From Halalkalibacterium halodurans (GTDB lineage Bacteria > Bacillota > Bacilli > Bacillales > Bacillaceae_D), in NCBI RefSeq assembly GCF_004376175.1, contig NZ_SNUY01000040.1:5279-37278 (forward strand): a DNA stretch of 32,000 nucleotides. The letters are read 5' to 3'. The position numbers and the translations under genes were made by a program. Under the pieces are notes generated by a model, which did no database searches, was not told where the DNA came from, and saw only the letters and a program-made list of their open reading frames with translations. Positions 18,080 to 26,672 of this stretch are shown here, piece after piece (the stretch's first letter is position 1; the number at the start of each line of letters is the position of its first letter).

Positions 18080-18196
18080 GATGTGGAGTTTTGATAATTC
18101 TAAATTTTCATTTAAAAGGAGGTTGAGGTTTATTTACGATTTTGTTAACAGTTGGCCGTTGGTTTCGGGTACTTTATTTGGGGGTGATGGAATCTG

Positions 18197-19921
18197 ATGA
18201 AGTGGATGAAATCCATGGCATGGTTGGCCGTTGTTTTGGTCGTTTCGTTCGTAGCTCCTGCCGTTAGTTCTGCTCATGAGGATGTGAAAACTCTCGATAT
18301 TCAGTCCTATGTAAGAGACATGCAGCCGGGTTGGAATCTTGGGAATACGTTTGATGCCGTCGGACAAGATGAAACAGCATGGGGAAATCCACGTGTGACA
18401 CGAGAATTAATTGAACGGATTGCGGATGAAGGGTATAAAAGCATTCGGATTCCGGTGACGTGGGAAAATCGTATCGGAGGGGCACCTGATTATCCTATTG
18501 ATCCTCAGTTTTTAAATCGAGTGGACCAAGTGGTTCAATGGGCGCTGGAAGAAGATTTGTATGTCATGATTAATTTACACCATGATTCATGGTTATGGAT
18601 TTATGAAATGGAGCACAACTACAATGGTGTAATGGTCAAGTATCGCTCGCTCTGGGAGCAACTATCGAACCACTTCAAAGACTATCCAACAAAGCTTATG
18701 TTTGAAAGTGTCAATGAGCCAAAGTTTAGTCAAAACTGGGACGAGATCCGTGAGAATCACCATGCGTTACTAGATGACTTAAACACGGTCTTTTTCGAGA
18801 TTGTGAGACAGTCTGGTGGCCAAAATGATATCCGGCCGTTAGTGTTACCAACTATGGAAACAGCCACATCACAACCGTTGCTAAACAACCTTTATCAAAC
18901 GATCGACAAATTGGATGATCCTAACCTCATTGCCACGGTACACTATTACGGTTTTTGGCCTTTTAGCGTGAATATCGCTGGCTACACTCGGTTTGAAGAG
19001 GATTCGAAACGGGAGATCATCGAAGCGTTTGATCGAGTACACCATACATTTGTAGCAAGAGGGATTCCAGTCGTTCTAGGTGAGTTCGGCTTGCTTGGAT
19101 TCGATAAACATACTGGAGTGATTCAACAAGGTGAAAAGCTAAAGTTCTTTGAGTTTCTTATCCATCATTTGAACGAGCGGGATATTACCCATATGCTTTG
19201 GGATAATGGGCAGCATTTCAATCGTCATACGTACGAATGGTATGACCAGGAATTGTTTGACATGATGCGGGCAAGCTGGGAAGGACGATCATCCGTTGCC
19301 GAGTCAAACTTTATCTATTTGAAACAGGGAGATCCAATCGCAGATGCAACGGTATCTTTACAATTGCACGGAAATGAATTAACAGGGCTCCGGGCCAATG
19401 GACAACGACTAACGCCGGGGCAGGACTATGAGTTAAATGGAGAAAGACTTACAGTGAAGGCCCATGTCCTATCGGCAATCGCTGGCTCAGGTACGTTAGG
19501 TTCAAATGGCGTGGTAACGGCCGAATTTAATCGTGGGGCAGATTGGCATTTTCGGGTGAATACGTATCGTACGCCTGTATTGCAAAGCACGCAAGGCCAC
19601 GTGAGCAACTTCAGCATTCCTGCTTCCTTTAATGGGAATAGCTTAGCAACAATGGAGGCTGTCTATGTGGATGGCGGAAATGCTGGCCCGCAAGACTGGA
19701 CCTCCTTTAAGGAGTTTGGCTATGCCTTCTCTCCTTCTTATGATACAAATGAGATGAAACTGACCGAGGCGTTTTTTCGTGAGGTGCGGGATGGTGAAGT
19801 TCGGTTAACCTTCCATTTTTGGAGTGGTGAAACAGTCAACTATACGATTATTAAAAACGGGAACCAGGTGACTGGGATAGCAGCTCAGACAACCAATTCA
19901 AAAAACAAAAATAAAAAATAA
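18197..19921 (+). CDS. Secreted endo-beta-1,4-glucanase (cellulase), GH5 catalytic domain plus two C-terminal Ig-like/CBM_X2-like modules
   Basis: The signal peptide is MKWMKSMAWLAVVLVVSFVAPAVSSA|HE. GH5 motifs present are GWNLGNTFDA, RIPVTW, INLHHD, the acid/base FESVNEP and the nucleophile VLGEFG. The roughly 200-aa C-terminal region contains two similar beta-rich modules. The protein ends in a Lys/Asn-rich tail (NSKNKNKK). Confidence 0.9.
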   Translation: MKWMKSMAWLAVVLVVSFVAPAVSSAHEDVKTLDIQSYVRDMQPGWNLGNTFDAVGQDETAWGNPRVTRELIERIADEGYKSIRIPVTWENRIGGAPDYPIDPQFLNRVDQVVQWALEEDLYVMINLHHDSWLWIYEMEHNYNGVMVKYRSLWEQLSNHFKDYPTKLMFESVNEPKFSQNWDEIRENHHALLDDLNTVFFEIVRQSGGQNDIRPLVLPTMETATSQPLLNNLYQTIDKLDDPNLIATVHYYGFWPFSVNIAGYTRFEEDSKREIIEAFDRVHHTFVARGIPVVLGEFGLLGFDKHTGVIQQGEKLKFFEFLIHHLNERDITHMLWDNGQHFNRHTYEWYDQELFDMMRASWEGRSSVAESNFIYLKQGDPIADATVSLQLHGNELTGLRANGQRLTPGQDYELNGERLTVKAHVLSAIAGSGTLGSNGVVTAEFNRGADWHFRVNTYRTPVLQSTQGHVSNFSIPASFNGNSLATMEAVYVDGGNAGPQDWTSFKEFGYAFSPSYDTNEMKLTEAFFREVRDGEVRLTFHFWSGETVNYTIIKNGNQVTGIAAQTTNSKNKNKK

Positions 19922-19947
19922 AATTGAAAGCGCTTTCTATGGTGTTG

Positions 19948-19994
19948 CCCGAATATCTGAGGTTCTTTAGTAGAATCCGATATTCGGGTTTTTT
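19948..19994 (+). terminator. Intrinsic terminator of the cellulase gene
   Basis: CCCGAATATC (19948-19957) pairs perfectly with GATATTCGGG (19979-19988), followed by T6. Confidence 0.8.
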
Positions 19995-20233
19995 CATACA
20001 TTATAGGGGCGCTTTTTTATGTTGCGCAGGTTAAATGGTTTTACGTATGGGAACCCTACTACTAGATTATTGTGCACTCTTTTTGAGTATCATTATCACC
20101 GTCTTATCATATGTATATGAGTTGAACCATCTAGTAACCTCTCTTAAAATTGGTAAAGGAAATGTAACGTTGTGATAGTAAGGAAATGGTATGATGGAGA
20201 GAGACGTGTGTTCGAGAAATGGAGGAGCGTAGA

Positions 20234-21190
20234 ATGAATGAAACGATGCAACGCATCGCGAGAGTCATAGAGAATGTGGAACGAGTGGTCGTCGGGAAAC
20301 GTCAGGAAATCGAGCTGAGCCTTGTCGCATTATTTGCTAGCGGTCATGTGCTCTTAGAAGATGTACCTGGTGTAGGGAAGACAATGCTGGTGAAGGCGAT
20401 TGCTCGATCACTTGGTGCCGATTTTAAGCGAATTCAATTTACCCCAGATCTTCTCCCATCTGATGTCACAGGAGTTTCGATTTATAATCAAAAAACGCAG
20501 CAATTTGAATTTCGTTCCGGTCCTATTATGGCCAATGTCGTTTTAGCGGATGAAATCAATCGGACCTCCCCGAAAACCCAGTCAGCATTACTGGAGGCGT
20601 TAGAGGAAGGTAGTGTGACGATTGAAGGGAAATCTCTTGTCTTGTCAAAGCCTTTCTTTGTTATGGCGACACAAAATCCAGTAGAATACGCGGGGACTTA
20701 TCCATTGCCTGAAGCGCAGCTCGATCGGTTTTTGTTTCGTCTGCAACTAGGATACCCTAAGCCGGACGAAGAGCTGGATGTCTTAAAGCGGTTAGAGAAA
20801 CAGCATCCAATCCAGGAGCTATCTCCAGTGATGGAAACAGAGGAGGTTATCCAACTCCAGGAAGAGATTAAGGATGTTTTCGTTGAAGATAATGTGAAGG
20901 CCTATATCGTTGAGATTGTCAATTTGACGAGAAAGCACCAGAAGGTTGAATTAGGCGTAAGTCCGAGAGGGTCGATTGCAATGATGAAGGCGGCTCAAGC
21001 TTATGCGATGATCCAAGGGCGTGACTATGTGATTCCAGATGACATCAAAACACTAGCACCATTTGCTCTTAGTCACCGCTTAATTTTAACAGCAGAGGCG
21101 AAAATGTCAGGGACTGATCATGAAGAGATCATACACGATGTACTGCAACAGGCGAAAGTGCCAGTCATACGAAAGGAACTATTGACGTAG
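20234..21190 (+). CDS. yeaC: MoxR-family AAA+ ATPase (YeaC-like)
   Basis: GGAGGAG lies 7 nt before ATG 20234. Walker A is GVPGVGKT and Walker B is VLADEINR. The sequence SPRGS..AQAYA is typical of the MoxR AAA_3 family. Confidence 0.9.
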   Translation: MNETMQRIARVIENVERVVVGKRQEIELSLVALFASGHVLLEDVPGVGKTMLVKAIARSLGADFKRIQFTPDLLPSDVTGVSIYNQKTQQFEFRSGPIMANVVLADEINRTSPKTQSALLEALEEGSVTIEGKSLVLSKPFFVMATQNPVEYAGTYPLPEAQLDRFLFRLQLGYPKPDEELDVLKRLEKQHPIQELSPVMETEEVIQLQEEIKDVFVEDNVKAYIVEIVNLTRKHQKVELGVSPRGSIAMMKAAQAYAMIQGRDYVIPDDIKTLAPFALSHRLILTAEAKMSGTDHEEIIHDVLQQAKVPVIRKELLT

Positions 21191-22348
21191 ATGAAAAAAA
21201 GCAAGCTGTTTGGAGTGTTACACCATACTTTCAAGGTTCTCTTACTCGTCGGTTTGCTCGTCGCCTCCTTTACCTATGCCATGTTTCAAGGTGGCTTTGT
21301 TAGCTGGTTTCTCTTTTATAGCGTTGTGACCGTGACCGTGCTCACTCTGATCGTGTTTCTTTTTTCCTTTCAAGGATTTGACGTAGAGCGATCGTTAAGT
21401 CAGAAAACGGCACAAGCCGGAGGGGAACTGACAGTCACGATTTATCTTCGCAGACGTTCCTGGCGGCCGTTTTTTTATATTCGCGTAAAAGATTTAGTCC
21501 CCTTATCGATCGGACGAACGGAAGGCGCAGGGGCACTGTTTTTCTTTGGATTGCAACGAGAGTGGTCCTATCAGTATGTCATTTCTAATATTCGCAGAGG
21601 GGAGCACCGATTTGAGAATGTGCACCTAGTGTTCGGAGACTTGTTTGGATTGATTGAAAAAGAGACGACCGTGCCTGTTGAATCAAGTGTCTTAATCTAT
21701 CCGAACGTTCATCATGTGAAGGAGTTACCACCGATTCAAAACCGAACCTTTTCACAGGGGAAAAGGGCGAATCGCAAACAGGAAGAGGAACGATCCCTTG
21801 CCGGTGTTCGTGATTATGTACCAGGTGACCGGTTATCAACGATTGATTGGAAGCAGTCAGCACGGGCGTTGAAGTTTGTGACCAAAGAGTTTGAATCATA
21901 TGATGGGGAAGGGATTGTTGTCGCCTTTGATGCTTATTTAGAGACACTCTCTCCCACAAGCTTTGAAACCGCGGTTGAATTGGCAGCTTCTCTAATGTAT
22001 AAAGTTTTGCAACAACGGCCTTCGCTAGAAGTGGCGGTTCGCAGAAAAGGGTGGCAGACGGTGACGATTGACACCCACATGCTCACACTTCCGTTAACGT
22101 TGCTCGCAAAGCTTCAACCGACGGAGGAGGGACCTAAGGCAAAGGATCCTGTCTATCTTTCTTGGAGAGGAGCAACGGTCTTCTATGTTTGCACAGAGTT
22201 GAGCGAGGCGATAGTCGAGGCCGCCCGTACGTTGCAAATGCAGCATGTGAATGTGCAAATCTGTCTTGTTGGTAAACATCGCAAGAACCAAGAGTTTGCT
22301 GAGCAATTAAAGCAGCACCGGATCCAGATTCACACGTTTGAACCGTAA
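21191..22348 (+). CDS. yeaD: DUF58-domain protein with two N-terminal TM helices (YeaD-like)
   Basis: The ATG directly abuts the MoxR TAG stop. The DUF58 signature is RDYVPGDRLSTIDWKQSAR. Confidence 0.85.
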   Translation: MKKSKLFGVLHHTFKVLLLVGLLVASFTYAMFQGGFVSWFLFYSVVTVTVLTLIVFLFSFQGFDVERSLSQKTAQAGGELTVTIYLRRRSWRPFFYIRVKDLVPLSIGRTEGAGALFFFGLQREWSYQYVISNIRRGEHRFENVHLVFGDLFGLIEKETTVPVESSVLIYPNVHHVKELPPIQNRTFSQGKRANRKQEEERSLAGVRDYVPGDRLSTIDWKQSARALKFVTKEFESYDGEGIVVAFDAYLETLSPTSFETAVELAASLMYKVLQQRPSLEVAVRRKGWQTVTIDTHMLTLPLTLLAKLQPTEEGPKAKDPVYLSWRGATVFYVCTELSEAIVEAARTLQMQHVNVQICLVGKHRKNQEFAEQLKQHRIQIHTFEP

Positions 22349-22368
22349 GAAGAAGGGGGGAGTTTAAA

Positions 22369-24558
22369 ATGGTTGAGAAAAAAACGATGAACCTAGGGAG
22401 AGATTTTTTTCTGTATGGTCTAGGCTTTTTATTATTAATGGAATGGTTGCTCCCCCTGCCTTCGATTACTGATACAGGATATATTCGTGTGTTTGTGATT
22501 TTCACTAGCCTTTTTTTCTTAATCACTTTTCTCCAGCTTCCTTTAGCTGTATCGATGGTAGTGAAACTCGGCCTCTCGATCTACGGCATTTATTTGATCT
22601 TTTATGAGAGCCCCTTTTTTGCATTGGACTGGCTTCTTCTGTTTGTGGCAGAGATGGGGGTTAATTTAGGGTTTATCGTTGGTGGCAATTTCTACGCGTT
22701 AACCGATATGTTCAGGAGCTTTCTATTTTTCGTCTTGTTGTCGATTATGAGTTACTTGCTTTTTTATTGGATCGTGTACATGCGAAGAGCACTTTTCTTT
22801 TTAGTGCTTACGATTATTTACATTACGGTTCTTGATACATTTACGGCTTATGATGCCTCGATGGCGATTGTACGTACATTTGTTGTCGGCTTCGTGCTTC
22901 TCGGACTTGTCACCATTTATAGGAAAATGGAGCGGGAAGGGGTTCGTGTCGGCTCGAGGTATTTGCCCTTGCGGTTAGGTTTGATGTTAGTAGCCGTCAT
23001 AGGGATCTCTAGCATATTAGGCTTTGCTTTCCCTAAGCTCGATCCCCAATGGGACGATCCAATGCCGTTTATGCGTGCAGCAGTGGGACTTGATCCGTAC
23101 TCTGACTCTGTCGAGGTGGTTCAACGGATCGGCTATGGGGATTCGGATGGTCAGCTAGGTGGCGGATTTATCGATGATGAAACGACCGTGTTTTACGTCA
23201 CCGCTCCCGAAGCTCAATACTGGCGTGGTGAGACAAAGGACTTTTATACGGGGCGTGGCTGGGAGACAACCACACCGGAGCAAGTGCAACCGCAGGCTCC
23301 GTTAAGGACTGCCACCGAAAATCTCGTTTCTGTTGAGCAGCGAAGGGCAGAGGTTCAATTTGAAGATGGACAAGCTCGTTATGAGCATCTGTTCTATCCA
23401 GGACAGCTCGACAGCTCGGAGACGGCAGGCATTGTAGTCGACGCGTATACGGAAAAGGCTACGACGTATTCTGGATCAAGTCCAACCGTTCTTACTAGGT
23501 ATGAAATTGACTATTATTATCCAACGTATTATATCGATCAGCTTCAGCAAAGCTCAGAAGTCGATCCACAAAACATTCAAGATTACTATTTGCAGCTCCC
23601 CGATTCGGTGCCGCAGCGGGTTTATGAGTTAGCCGAAGGAATTGTCTCTGAATACGAGAACCGCTATGATCAAGCAAAGGCGATCGAAAATTACTTTCAG
23701 AGGTCAGGTTTTCGATATGAAACAACAGATGTACCGATCCCGGAGGATGGGCAAGATTACGTAGATCAGTTCCTCTTTGAAACCCAGGCTGGCTACTGTG
23801 ATAACTTCTCTACATCGATGGTTGTTTTGCTTCGATCGGTAGGGATTCCAGCGCGCTGGGCAAAGGGTTTCACAGCAGGAACGCTAGTGGACTCAACGAA
23901 TGAACAAAACGTATATGAAATTCGTAACTCAAATGCCCATTCTTGGGTGGAAGTTTATTTTCCTGAGGTAGGCTGGGTTCCATTTGAACCGACACGCGGA
24001 TTTACGAACGAATTTGATTTTACGGAAAGTCCTGTGGATAATCAGCAGAATACTGAAATTGAACAAACTGATCGAGAGGAGCCGTTAGAGACTGTAGAGA
24101 ACGAAGAACAAGAAGTAGAGGATGCCTTCGCTGAGTTGGAGGAGGCTAGTACAGAAGAGGTAGCAATTTCTCCTGAAAATGGAGCGGGAGGTTTACCGTT
24201 CCCTCTTTGGTGGCTTGCGCTTCCGTTGCTGATCTTGTGTATGGCTTTATTTGCAGGTAACAAAAAGCTTGTCGGTTTGGCTTTGATTGGCTATTTCCGA
24301 GTTACCAGAAAGGAGGATGCGTTTGTCCATGCGTATAAACGGCTCCTCTGGTATTTAAACTATATAGGGCTAGGGAAGAAGCAAGGAGAAACACTTCGAG
24401 AGTACGCCGTACGTATTGATCAAGAGTGGTCTACGGAGACGATGACGACATTAACGTTTGAATATGAGCGATTGCTCTACAGTTCGGATGTGCCGGCAAA
24501 CTGCTGGGAGCACGTAAAAGGGGATTGGTTGCAGCTAATGAGAAAAATTAGCTCTTGA
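22369..24558 (+). CDS. yebA: Transglutaminase-like polytopic membrane protein (YebA/TgpA-like)
   Basis: The SD is GGGGGGAG. The N-terminal part has about 6-7 TM helices. The transglutaminase-core motifs are GYCDNFST (Cys), NAHSWVEVYF (His) and GWVPFEPT, with Glu where the third residue is usually Asp. An acidic linker, one more TM helix and a C-terminal cytoplasmic domain follow. Confidence 0.85.
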   Translation: MVEKKTMNLGRDFFLYGLGFLLLMEWLLPLPSITDTGYIRVFVIFTSLFFLITFLQLPLAVSMVVKLGLSIYGIYLIFYESPFFALDWLLLFVAEMGVNLGFIVGGNFYALTDMFRSFLFFVLLSIMSYLLFYWIVYMRRALFFLVLTIIYITVLDTFTAYDASMAIVRTFVVGFVLLGLVTIYRKMEREGVRVGSRYLPLRLGLMLVAVIGISSILGFAFPKLDPQWDDPMPFMRAAVGLDPYSDSVEVVQRIGYGDSDGQLGGGFIDDETTVFYVTAPEAQYWRGETKDFYTGRGWETTTPEQVQPQAPLRTATENLVSVEQRRAEVQFEDGQARYEHLFYPGQLDSSETAGIVVDAYTEKATTYSGSSPTVLTRYEIDYYYPTYYIDQLQQSSEVDPQNIQDYYLQLPDSVPQRVYELAEGIVSEYENRYDQAKAIENYFQRSGFRYETTDVPIPEDGQDYVDQFLFETQAGYCDNFSTSMVVLLRSVGIPARWAKGFTAGTLVDSTNEQNVYEIRNSNAHSWVEVYFPEVGWVPFEPTRGFTNEFDFTESPVDNQQNTEIEQTDREEPLETVENEEQEVEDAFAELEEASTEEVAISPENGAGGLPFPLWWLALPLLILCMALFAGNKKLVGLALIGYFRVTRKEDAFVHAYKRLLWYLNYIGLGKKQGETLREYAVRIDQEWSTETMTTLTFEYERLLYSSDVPANCWEHVKGDWLQLMRKISS

Positions 24559-24613
24559 ACCTTTTGTCCTCGACTGATAAAATGTTTCCGTGTTTTACAT
24601 GTAGATATCATCC

Positions 24614-24688
24614 CTTTCGTATATACTTGGAGATAAGGTCCAGGAGTTTCTACCAGATCACCGTAAATGATCTGACTATGAAGGTGGA
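24614..24688 (+). ncRNA. Guanine (purine) riboswitch aptamer upstream of guaA
   Basis: CTTTCGTATATACTTGGAGATAAGGTCCAGGAGTTTCTACCAGATCACCGTAAATGATCTGACTATGAAGG. All conserved purine-box blocks are present (TATA, GTTTCTACC, CCGTAAAT, P1 closing). The specificity position is C (GA-C-TATG), which indicates the guanine/hypoxanthine class. Confidence 0.9.
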
Positions 24689-24736
24689 ATGGCTCGATAT
24701 CTTCGTACGGAACGTTTGTCCTTGCGTAGGATGATG

Positions 24737-24786
24737 GCTAGAATTCTGCCTTTTTATAGATGGAGGGGGATTCTAGCTCTTTTGTT
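24737..24786 (+). terminator. Probable expression-platform terminator of the guaA riboswitch
   Basis: GCTAGAAT (24737-24744) pairs with ATTCTAGC (24770-24777), followed by TCTTTTGTT. The 25-nt loop is large. Confidence 0.55.
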
Positions 24787-24835
24787 ATTCGCTTTGTGAA
24801 CGATGTGTTTTTATTCTTGGTAAAGGGTGATATGA

Positions 24836-26380
24836 ATGATGGAACAATTATCAGAAGAAATGATTGTGGTTCTCGATTTTGGTGGACAGTATAATCAATT
24901 AATTACGAGACGAATTCGTGATTTAGGTGTATACAGTGAGCTTCACCCTAACACAATCACTGCAGAACAATTGAAAGAGATGAAGCCAAAGGGGATCATT
25001 TTTTCAGGAGGGCCAAATAGTGCTTATGCAGAAGGGGCGCCTAAATGCGATCCGGCGATCTTTGATTTAGGAGTACCTATTTTAGGGATTTGCTACGGAA
25101 TGCAGCTAATGACACAGCATTTCGGAGGTAAGGTTGACGCGGCTGAGCATCGAGAGTACGGAAAGGCGACGATCACAGTAGAAAATCAATCGAAACTGTT
25201 CCAAGGGTTGCCTGTAGAACAAACGGTATGGATGAGCCATGGTGACTTGATTGTAGCACCACCAGAAGGCTTTGTTGTGGATGCGCAAAACCCGTCTTGT
25301 CCGGTGGCAGCTATGAGTGATGAAGCACGCAACTATTACGGTGTTCAATTCCACCCTGAAGTCCGCCATTCACAATTTGGCGACGACATGCTGAAAAACT
25401 TCGCCTTCGCTGTTTGTGGTTGCGAAGGAAATTGGTCAATGGAAAACTTCATTGAATTGGAAATGGAGAAAATTCGCGAGCAAGTCGGGGACAAACAAGT
25501 ATTATGTGCCCTTTCTGGTGGAGTCGATTCATCGGTCGTTGCGGTCTTGATTCACAAAGCGATTGGCGATCAGCTCACTTGTATGTTTATCGATCATGGT
25601 TTACTGCGTAAAGGTGAAGCGGATAGTGTCATGAAGACGTTCAGCGAAGGGTTCAATATGAACGTAATCAAAATCGATGCAAAAGACCGTTTCCTATCAA
25701 AATTAGAAGGTGTCTCTGATCCTGAGCAGAAACGAAAAATCATTGGTAACGAATTCATCTACGTGTTTGAAGAGGAAGCAAGCAAGTTAAAAGATATGGA
25801 CTTTTTAGCGCAAGGAACATTATACACCGATATTATTGAAAGTGGGACTGCCACGGCGCAAACGATCAAATCCCATCACAATGTCGGTGGACTTCCTGAG
25901 GATATGCGCTTTGAATTAATTGAGCCGTTAAATACATTGTTCAAAGACGAAGTAAGAAAGTTAGGTACAGAACTAGGGATTCCAGATGAGGTCGTTTGGC
26001 GACAACCATTCCCAGGACCAGGCTTAGGCATTCGTGTTCTTGGAGAAATCACAGAAGAGAAACTTGAGATTGTTCGGGAATCAGATGCGATCCTACGTGA
26101 AGAAATTAAAAAAGCAGGGTTGGATCGCGAAATTTGGCAATACTTCACCGCCTTGCCGAACATGAGGAGCGTTGGGGTTATGGGCGATGCACGGACATAT
26201 GATTATACAGTTGGTATCCGTGCGGTTACATCGATCGATGGGATGACGTCCGATTGGGCGCGCATTCCGTGGGATGTCCTCGAGATTATCTCTACGCGTA
26301 TCGTCAATGAGGTGAAGCATGTTAATCGTGTCGTCTACGATATTACATCGAAGCCGCCAGCGACGATTGAGTGGGAGTAA
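24836..26380 (+). CDS. guaA: GMP synthase (glutamine-hydrolysing)
   Basis: The GATase-1 domain has GICYGMQ and HPE. The ATP-pyrophosphatase P-loop is SGGVDSS. The conserved C-terminal dimerisation region ends ..KPPATIEWE. The protein is full length at 514 aa. Confidence 0.95.
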   Translation: MMEQLSEEMIVVLDFGGQYNQLITRRIRDLGVYSELHPNTITAEQLKEMKPKGIIFSGGPNSAYAEGAPKCDPAIFDLGVPILGICYGMQLMTQHFGGKVDAAEHREYGKATITVENQSKLFQGLPVEQTVWMSHGDLIVAPPEGFVVDAQNPSCPVAAMSDEARNYYGVQFHPEVRHSQFGDDMLKNFAFAVCGCEGNWSMENFIELEMEKIREQVGDKQVLCALSGGVDSSVVAVLIHKAIGDQLTCMFIDHGLLRKGEADSVMKTFSEGFNMNVIKIDAKDRFLSKLEGVSDPEQKRKIIGNEFIYVFEEEASKLKDMDFLAQGTLYTDIIESGTATAQTIKSHHNVGGLPEDMRFELIEPLNTLFKDEVRKLGTELGIPDEVVWRQPFPGPGLGIRVLGEITEEKLEIVRESDAILREEIKKAGLDREIWQYFTALPNMRSVGVMGDARTYDYTVGIRAVTSIDGMTSDWARIPWDVLEIISTRIVNEVKHVNRVVYDITSKPPATIEWE

Positions 26381-26425
26381 GACGAATATTATTCGTTGTT
26401 TTTAACTTAATGTTCGTCTTTTGTA

Positions 26426-26454
26426 TTGACGGACGCTAGTGGGTTTGCTACACT
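26426..26454 (+). promoter_or_regulatory. Candidate sigma-A promoter for pbuG
   Basis: TTGACG (26426-26431), a 17-nt spacer, then TGcTACACT (extended -10; hexamer at 26449-26454). Confidence 0.5.
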
Positions 26455-26481
26455 ATTTTTGAAAAATAAATCGAAAACATC

Positions 26482-26553
26482 ATTTCGTATAATGGCAGGA
26501 ATAGGGCCTGCGAGTTTCTACCAAGCTACCGTAAATAGCTTGACTACGAAAAT
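26482..26553 (+). ncRNA. Guanine (purine) riboswitch aptamer upstream of pbuG
   Basis: ATTTCGTATAATGGCAGGAATAGGGCCTGCGAGTTTCTACCAAGCTACCGTAAATAGCTTGACTACGAAA. P1 is TTTCGTA/TACGAAA. The specificity position is C. Confidence 0.92.
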
Positions 26554-26583
26554 AATGGGTTTTTTACTCTTTATTTGTGGTCG

Positions 26584-26617
26584 AGCTTCAGGTAGCTTTC
26601 TATCTGGGGCTTTTTTT
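26584..26617 (+). terminator. Expression-platform terminator of the pbuG riboswitch
   Basis: AGCTTCAGGTAG (26584-26595) pairs with CTATCTGGGGCT (26600-26611) in 12 bp, including three G-U pairs, followed by T7. Confidence 0.7.
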
Positions 26618-26672
26618 ATGAAGTTCTTGCTCGTTTTCGAAATGGTGACGAATAGAAGGAGAGGAACTATCG

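Noticed and set aside
20019-20126. 35-aa ORF (MLRRLNGFTYGNPTTRLLCTLFEYHYHRLIICI) after the cellulase terminator
   Set aside because: It has only a weak SD-like AGGGG and no promoter between it and the terminator. Its composition looks non-coding.
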